Assembly (NCBI GenBank): GCA_009694025.1
Contig: SHVZ01000008.1
Location: 2,609-66,608 of the forward strand
Direction of reading: 5' to 3'
DNA from: Alphaproteobacteria bacterium
GTDB taxonomy: Bacteria; Pseudomonadota; Alphaproteobacteria; SHVZ01
DNA length: 64,000 nt
Both the position numbers and the translations under genes were made by a program. The notes beneath the pieces are model-generated. The model saw nothing but the letters and a program-made list of their open reading frames with translations, was not told the origin of the DNA and searched no databases. The number at the start of each line of letters is the position of its first letter. Positions within the stretch are counted from its first letter, which is position 1. Below, piece by piece: positions 58,950 to 64,000 of the stretch.

Positions 58950-60107
58950 ATGACCGCACCCACCATCCTGCAAGTCCTTCCCGCGCTCGAGACCGGCGGC
59001 GTCGAGCGCGGCGCCGTCCAGATCGCCGGCGCCACCGTCCGCGCCGGCTGGCGCTCAGTGGTCGCCTCCGCCGGCGGGTCGTTGGTGCGGGAGCTCGACC
59101 GCAGCGGCGCCAGACATGTGCAGCTCCCGCTCGACACCAAGAACCCATTCGCCATCCGCGCCAACATCGACCGCCTGAGTCGCATTATCCAGGCCGAAGG
59201 TGTCGATCTCGTCCACGCACGGAGCCGAGCCCCGGCCTGGTCGGCCTGGAGCGCGGCGGGACGCGCCGGCATTCCTTTCGTCACCACCTTCCACGGAACC
59301 TATGGCGCCGGCAACGCGTTCAAGCGGCTCTACAACGCCGTGATGGCGAAGGGTGACCCGACCATCGCCACCTCCGAGTTCATCGCCCACCACATCGTCG
59401 AGAACTACAAGGTGCCGCCCGAGCGGCTTCGCCTGATCCCGCGCGGCGTCGACCTCGAGCGCTTCTCACCCGAGCGCGTGCAGCCGCACCGGATGCTGCA
59501 GCTGGTCAAGGACTGGCGGCTTCCCGACGGGGTGCCGGTGGTCCTGCTTCCAGGGCGGCTCACCCGCTGGAAGGGCCAGACAGTGCTGATCGAGGCGATG
59601 ACGCTCTTGAAGCGCACCGACATCGTCTGCGTGCTCGCCGGCTCCGACCAGGGCCGCACCCACTATAGCCATGAGATCGAGCGCCTCGTATCCGGCCAAG
59701 GTCTTTCCGGCCGGGTCCGTATCGTCGGCGACTGCCAGGACATGCCTGCCGCCTACATGCTTGCCGACGTGGTGGTCTCGGCCTCGACCGAGCCCGAGGC
59801 CTTCGGCCGCGTCGCGGTCGAGGCCCAGGCCATGGGCCGACCGATCATCGCGACCGACCATGGCGGTTCGCGCGAGACCATTATTCCGGGCATGACCGGC
59901 TGGCTGGTGAAGCCGGGCGACGTGGGAGCGCTCGCGACCGCGCTGACCGACGCCGTCGACCTCACCACCGAGGCACGGCTGCGCCTCGCCGAGGCGGCGA
60001 TCGGCCATGTGCGCGCGCACTTCGACCAGAAGGCCATGTGCGAGGCGACGCTGGAGGTCTACCGGGAGGTGCTGACGCGGGCGGACGACCGGCAGAACGC
60101 GGCGTGA
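58950..60107 (+). CDS. Glycosyltransferase family 4 (GT-B, RfaG-like)
   Basis: ILQVLPALETGGVERG N-terminus, and the C-terminal EPEAFGRVAVEAQAMGRPIIATDHGGSRETI (EX7E motif region). 385 aa. Confidence 0.85.
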   Translation: MTAPTILQVLPALETGGVERGAVQIAGATVRAGWRSVVASAGGSLVRELDRSGARHVQLPLDTKNPFAIRANIDRLSRIIQAEGVDLVHARSRAPAWSAWSAAGRAGIPFVTTFHGTYGAGNAFKRLYNAVMAKGDPTIATSEFIAHHIVENYKVPPERLRLIPRGVDLERFSPERVQPHRMLQLVKDWRLPDGVPVVLLPGRLTRWKGQTVLIEAMTLLKRTDIVCVLAGSDQGRTHYSHEIERLVSGQGLSGRVRIVGDCQDMPAAYMLADVVVSASTEPEAFGRVAVEAQAMGRPIIATDHGGSRETIIPGMTGWLVKPGDVGALATALTDAVDLTTEARLRLAEAAIGHVRAHFDQKAMCEATLEVYREVLTRADDRQNAA

Positions 60108-61036
60108 AGATCCTGGCGATCCGCCACGGCGCACTCGGCGACGTGATCCAGGCGCTGGGGCCGTTCCAGGCGATCCGCCGTCACCATGCCGACGCCCATC
60201 TGGTAGCGCTTACCGGGATGCCCTTCGCCGAACTGCTTCGCGCGTCCGGCTGGTTCCAGGAGGTATGGGTCGACGGCCGGCCTCCGCTCTGGCGCCTCCC
60301 GGCTTGGATCGAGACGATCCGCCGGCTGCGGGCGGCTCGGTTCGACCGGGTCTACGACCTGCAGACCTCGACGCGCACCGCCTGGTACTTCCGGCTGATG
60401 GGATCGCCTTGGTGGTCGGGGGTCGCTGCCGGCTGCTCGCACCCTCATGACACCCCCGGGCGGATCGACATGCACTCCGTCGACCGTCAGACGGAGCAGC
60501 TCCGCATCGCCGGGATCGCCGCGGTGCCGCCGCCCGATCTCGCCTGGCTCGACGCCGATATCGGCCGCTTCGCGCTTCCCGACCGCTTCGCCCTCCTGGT
60601 TCCGGGCGGCTCCCGCCACCGCCCGGCCAAGCGCTGGCCCGCCTACCCGGCATTCGCCCGGGCGTTGAACAGCCGCGGTCTGATCCCGGTCGTCGCCGGC
60701 ACGGGGGACGAGGCCGAGCTTGCCCGGTCAGTCGCCGCCGAGGTCCCCGGCACGGTCGACCTGACCGGCCGCACCTCGATCCTCGAGCTTGCCGCCATCG
60801 CCCGACGGGCCGCGCTCGCCATCGGCAACGACACCGGGCCGATGCATGTGACCGCCGCCGTCGGCTGTCCGTCCCTGGTCCTGTTCTCGGCCGAGAGCGA
60901 CCCCGCACGCTGCGCGCCGCGGGGGGCCGTGGTCTATACGCTTCGCCGGCCCGACCTCGCCGATCTGCCGATGACGGAGGTGCTGAACGAGGCCACCCGG
61001 CTGGCCCGGCCTCAACATTCTGTTGACCCGTCGTGA
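60104..61036 (+). CDS. Glycosyltransferase family 9 (heptosyltransferase-like)
   Basis: GTG start in a GTGA overlap with the GT4 stop. KILAIRHGALGDVIQALGPFQAIRRHH, and the C-terminal GNDTGPMHVTAAVGCP, are typical GT9 motifs. 310 aa. Confidence 0.8.
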   Translation: MKILAIRHGALGDVIQALGPFQAIRRHHADAHLVALTGMPFAELLRASGWFQEVWVDGRPPLWRLPAWIETIRRLRAARFDRVYDLQTSTRTAWYFRLMGSPWWSGVAAGCSHPHDTPGRIDMHSVDRQTEQLRIAGIAAVPPPDLAWLDADIGRFALPDRFALLVPGGSRHRPAKRWPAYPAFARALNSRGLIPVVAGTGDEAELARSVAAEVPGTVDLTGRTSILELAAIARRAALAIGNDTGPMHVTAAVGCPSLVLFSAESDPARCAPRGAVVYTLRRPDLADLPMTEVLNEATRLARPQHSVDPS

Positions 61037-61042
61037 TCTCGA

Positions 61043-61531
61043 GTGGCGATCAATGGGATGCTTGCCATGAACCCCGCCGAGTACTTCGATGAGTTCGTGT
61101 CACCAGCCTATTGCGACTTCCAAGGAAGTCCGGTCAGCCGCCGACACGCTCTACAGGTCTGCATGCTCGCCCTTCACTTCGCCGATGCCGTCGCAGTCCA
61201 TCGCGGCATCATGGTCAAAGAGGTCGTAACGGACTTCGGCTCGCGCTGCCCTGCTTTCCTCGTTGCAGAAGCATGTTGCCTCGCCGTCAAACACATCCGG
61301 ATTCGCAAGGTGGCATACGAGGGTCAGGGCCTCAGCGATATCGGCACCGGCCCCGGTGCAGCATTTACCGACGGCGCGTATTTCGATGATGGGACGACGT
61401 TCTCCGACGTTGGCGATTCCGTGGTGTATGCGCCGGACGGCGGTCAACCTCACGACTTGGCATACGTTCTCGATCAGGTGGTTTCCTTCCTTGCGCGAGA
61501 GGCCAACGCATATCGGCACCTAACGCCTTGA
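61043..61531 (+). CDS. Hypothetical protein (low-GC islet)
   Basis: 162-aa ORF whose third-position GC is higher than at positions 1 and 2, consistent with coding on the plus strand. I recognise no family. The start is ambiguous: GTG 61043, ATG 61058 or ATG 61067. A 122-aa antisense ORF (61151-61519) is less convincing. Confidence 0.5.
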   Translation: MAINGMLAMNPAEYFDEFVSPAYCDFQGSPVSRRHALQVCMLALHFADAVAVHRGIMVKEVVTDFGSRCPAFLVAEACCLAVKHIRIRKVAYEGQGLSDIGTGPGAAFTDGAYFDDGTTFSDVGDSVVYAPDGGQPHDLAYVLDQVVSFLAREANAYRHLTP

Positions 61532-61580
61532 TGTTGCACGCGTACTGGACAAGCACCATCGTCGATGCCATGTTCCTCTC

Positions 61581-61760
61581 ATGCTAACGCCGCGCCACAG
61601 CACTAGCGACGATGTAGCGGAAGGCGAGGCCCTGGCCGCCGCGATCGCCAAGGCTCGTGCTGATTCGCATAGCGTGACTCACGACGACATGCGGGCGTGG
61701 CTGATGAAGGTCGCCGCCGGCGACCTCGACGCACCGCCGCCGGTGGCTCGCCCCTTGTGA
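61581..61760 (+). CDS. Putative short antitoxin partner of ParE (59 aa, below the ORF-track cutoff)
   Basis: Hand translation gives MLTPRHSTSDDVAEGEALAAAIAKARADSHSVTHDDMRAWLMKVAAGDLDAPPPVARPL. Its TGA (61758-61760) overlaps the toxin GTG (61757-61759), the classic antitoxin-toxin arrangement. The C-terminal part resembles toxin-neutralising tails of RHH-type antitoxins, but I see no N-terminal ribbon-helix-helix segment and no clear SD. Confidence 0.45.
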   Translation: MLTPRHSTSDDVAEGEALAAAIAKARADSHSVTHDDMRAWLMKVAAGDLDAPPPVARPL

Positions 61761-62032
61761 GCGTGACGTGGCGGGCGACGGCTCGCGACGATGTCGTCCG
61801 TATCATTGGTCACATTGCCGAGGAGAACCCCATCGCCGCTTGGCGCATGGCCCGCGAGCTTGTTCTTGCCGGCGACAGCTTAGGCGCCTTCCCCCATCGC
61901 GGTCGTCCTGGACTAGTCCCAGGCACCCGCGAGCTTCTCATCATCCAGCCCTACGTCGTCGTCTACGAGGTGAACGACGCCGACGATGTGACGATCCTTC
62001 GCGTTTGGCACGGCGCTCAAGACCGAGCCTAG
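61757..62032 (+). CDS. parE: Type II toxin-antitoxin system RelE/ParE family toxin
   Basis: VSVTWRATARDDVVRIIGHIAEENPIAAWRMARELVLAGDSLGAFPHRGRPGLVPGTRELLIIQPYVVVYEVNDADDVTILRVWHGAQD is the canonical ParE pattern (W..A..D...I..YI...NP.AA..., G.PG.V.GTREL, ILRV.HGAQ). The track ORF start (61697) is over-extended. Confidence 0.85.
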   Translation: MSVTWRATARDDVVRIIGHIAEENPIAAWRMARELVLAGDSLGAFPHRGRPGLVPGTRELLIIQPYVVVYEVNDADDVTILRVWHGAQDRA

Positions 62033-62332
62033 CGGTTTTCGGATTCCATCGGATTTTATCGCGTCATCCGGCGTGCAAGCGATCTTCGGTGGCCTGTCGA
62101 CTCCGCAAGTTTGCCTTTAGTGCCGCGGTGGCATCGGCCGGGTTGCGCAAAACCGCGGTTCTCTGATATGCATGCGGCCGATTTAGCCATGCGCGCCTAT
62201 TTTCGCCCCCTCGCCGTTCTCACGGCCACGACCCGAACTATCCAGGCTTGCTCGGCCTGACAGAGCGCGTGTGCCTTCTTGGACCCTGCCTCCGAGCGGG
62301 CGGTCCACCCACCGAACCTACGTGACATTGCC

Positions 62333-64000
62333 ATGCCCGCGATCACGCTCCCCGACGGCAGCGTCCGTCGCTACGACAATCCCGTTTCCGGCGCCGACAT
62401 CGCCAAGTCGATCGGCGCCGGCCTCGCCAAGGCCGCGCTCGCCGTCAAGGTCGACGGCGAGCTGACCGACCTCGTCCGCCCGATCGACCGCGACGCCCGC
62501 ATCGAGATCGTGACGTCCAAGAGCCCGGACGCCTTCGAGCTGCTCCGCCACGATGCCGCCCATGTGCTGGCCGAGGCGGCGAAGGAGCTCTATGGCGACC
62601 AGGTCCAGGTGACCTTCGGGCCGGCGATCGAGAACGGCTTCTACTACGACTTCCACCGTGAGGCGCCGTTCACGCCGGACGATCTGGCGAAGCTCGAAAA
62701 GCGCATGCACGAGATCGTCGACCGCGACGAGCCGATCACGCGCGACGTGTGGAGCCGCGACAAGGCGGTCGACTATTTCAAGTCGATCGGCGAGCGCTTC
62801 AAGGCCGAGCACATCGCCACGATCCCCGCCGACGAGGACATCTCGATCTACAGCCAGGGCAAGTTCACCGACCTTTGCACCGGGCCGCACCTGCCGTCGA
62901 CGGGCAAGCTCGGCCATGCCTTCAAGCTGATGAAGCTGGCCGGGTCCTACTGGCGGGGCGACGCCAAGAACGCGCAGCTCCAGCGCGTCTACGGCACCGC
63001 CTGGCCGAGCGAGGACCAGCTCAAGGCCCACCTGCATCAGCTCGAGGAGGCGGAGAAGCGCGACCACCGCCGCATCGGCAAGGAGATGCAGCTCTTCCAT
63101 CTTCAGGAAGAGGCGGTCGGCAGCGTCTTCTGGCACCCCAATGGCTGGGCGCTCTACCGGGTGCTCGAGCGCCACATGCGACGACGCCTGGAGGATGAAG
63201 GATATCTCGAGGTCAAGACGCCGCAGCTCCTCGACCGCGCGCTCTGGGAGAGGTCCGGCCACTGGGAGAAGTACCGCGAGCACATGTTCATCGCCCAGAC
63301 CGAGGACGAGAAGATCCTGGCGCTGAAGCCGATGAATTGTCCGGGTCAGGTGCAGATCTTCCGCCAGGGTCTGAAGAGCTACCGCGATCTGCCGCTCCGG
63401 CTCGCCGAGTTCGGCTCCTGCCACCGCTACGAACCGTCGGGATCTATCCACGGCATCATGCGCGTGCGCGCGTTCACCCAGGACGACGGCCATATCTTCT
63501 GTACCGAAGACCAGATCACGGGCGAGTCCGTGCGCTTCTGCGCGTTCCTCCGGTCGATCTACAAGGACTTCGGCTTCGAGGACGTGGTCATCAAGTTCTC
63601 CGACCGACCGCCGGTCCGCGCCGGCAGCGATGAGATCTGGGACAAGGCCGAAAGCTCGCTCAAGGCCGCGATCGAGGCGACCGGCCTGCCCTATTCGATG
63701 AATCCGGGCGAGGGTGCCTTTTACGGACCGAAGCTCGAATTTGTGCTCCGGGACGCCATCGGTCGGGACTGGCAGTGCGGCACGCTCCAGGTCGATTTCG
63801 TGCTGCCCGAGCGTCTGGATGCGAGCTACATCGGCGAGGACGGCCAGAAGCACCGGCCGGTGATGTTGCACCGGGCGATCTTGGGCTCCTTCGAACGCTT
63901 CATCGGCGTGCTGATCGAGCACTATGCCGGCCGGTTCCCAATGTGGCTGGCACCGGTACAAGCGGTGGTGGCCACCGTCACTCAGGACGGCGATGCCTAT
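62333..64000 (+). CDS. thrS: Threonine--tRNA ligase (N-terminal 556 codons; runs off right edge)
   Basis: Absent from the ORF track because it has no stop in the window. ATG at 62333 reads [47 protein letters not shown] (TGS domain). Later come [10 protein letters not shown], the class II motifs [25 protein letters not shown] and [13 protein letters not shown], and [19 protein letters not shown]. Confidence 0.95.
   Translation, partial: MPAITLPDGSVRRYDNPVSGADIAKSIGAGLAKAALAVKVDGELTDLVRPIDRDARIEIVTSKSPDAFELLRHDAAHVLAEAAKELYGDQVQVTFGPAIENGFYYDFHREAPFTPDDLAKLEKRMHEIVDRDEPITRDVWSRDKAVDYFKSIGERFKAEHIATIPADEDISIYSQGKFTDLCTGPHLPSTGKLGHAFKLMKLAGSYWRGDAKNAQLQRVYGTAWPSEDQLKAHLHQLEEAEKRDHRRIGKEMQLFHLQEEAVGSVFWHPNGWALYRVLERHMRRRLEDEGYLEVKTPQLLDRALWERSGHWEKYREHMFIAQTEDEKILALKPMNCPGQVQIFRQGLKSYRDLPLRLAEFGSCHRYEPSGSIHGIMRVRAFTQDDGHIFCTEDQITGESVRFCAFLRSIYKDFGFEDVVIKFSDRPPVRAGSDEIWDKAESSLKAAIEATGLPYSMNPGEGAFYGPKLEFVLRDAIGRDWQCGTLQVDFVLPERLDASYIGEDGQKHRPVMLHRAILGSFERFIGVLIEHYAGRFPMWLAPVQAVVATVTQDGDAY

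Noticed and set aside
61151-61519. 122-aa minus-strand ORF inside the low-GC islet as an alternative gene
   Set aside because: The plus-strand frame (61043-61531) has the better third-position GC bias and spans the whole segment. The minus ORF translation looks less protein-like. I cannot exclude it without comparative data.
62318-63961. 547-aa minus-strand ORF
   Set aside because: It lies antisense to thrS, whose translation carries unmistakable class II synthetase motifs. It is a shadow ORF.

Overview
High-GC (roughly 68-72% by hand counts) alphaproteobacterial chromosomal core. It is almost fully coding, with about 60 protein genes and no rRNA, tRNA, CRISPR array, transposase or integrase that I can see. 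Both window edges cut genes that the ORF track omits because they lack a stop in the window: sdhA on the left (1-1194, minus) and thrS on the right (62333-64000, plus). Left to right, the main blocks are:
- sdhCDA
- an orphan B12-binding radical SAM gene of lower GC
- an FAD oxidoreductase plus a polar amino-acid ABC importer
- kdsB-pheA
- a membrane-anchored cytochrome c, then hisN
- yejABEF-type peptide importer
- trmJ-like methyltransferase, then rpsD with a near-consensus promoter
- a Dpp-type BCDF transporter without a binding protein, flanked by two fold-type-II PLP enzymes and an M81 (MlrC-like) peptidase
- two tandem class II aldolase/adducin paralogs plus DUF4169
- ggt, gpt
- a tightly coupled sulfur operon: TauE/SafE, a TIGR02186-type protein, USP and a Tat-less three-subunit molybdoenzyme of SoeABC architecture, preceded by a rhodanese and an unknown secreted protein
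- hutI/hutF, ogt, acs
- a large MscS-family channel
- acyl-CoA dehydrogenase, FAD-linked oxidase, an O-antigen-ligase-like protein, tsaC
- an orphan ParA-like ATPase, cysQ
- an orphan form-II CoxL-like molybdenum hydroxylase subunit
- HIT, LysE, GNAT, TPR, SDR and hydrolase genes
- GT4 and GT9 glycosyltransferases
- a small low-GC islet: a 162-aa unknown protein plus a ParE toxin with a 59-aa antitoxin that falls below the ORF-track cutoff.
Many very long R/G/P/D-rich ORFs in the track are antisense shadow ORFs typical of high-GC DNA, and I reject them. I see no clear-cut novel multi-gene system. The most interesting leads are the SoeABC-type sulfur operon with embedded uncharacterised genes, the compositionally foreign B12-rSAM gene with a coupled 18-codon upstream ORF, the binding-protein-less peptide catabolic cluster, the orphan CoxL-like gene and the toxin-antitoxin islet.
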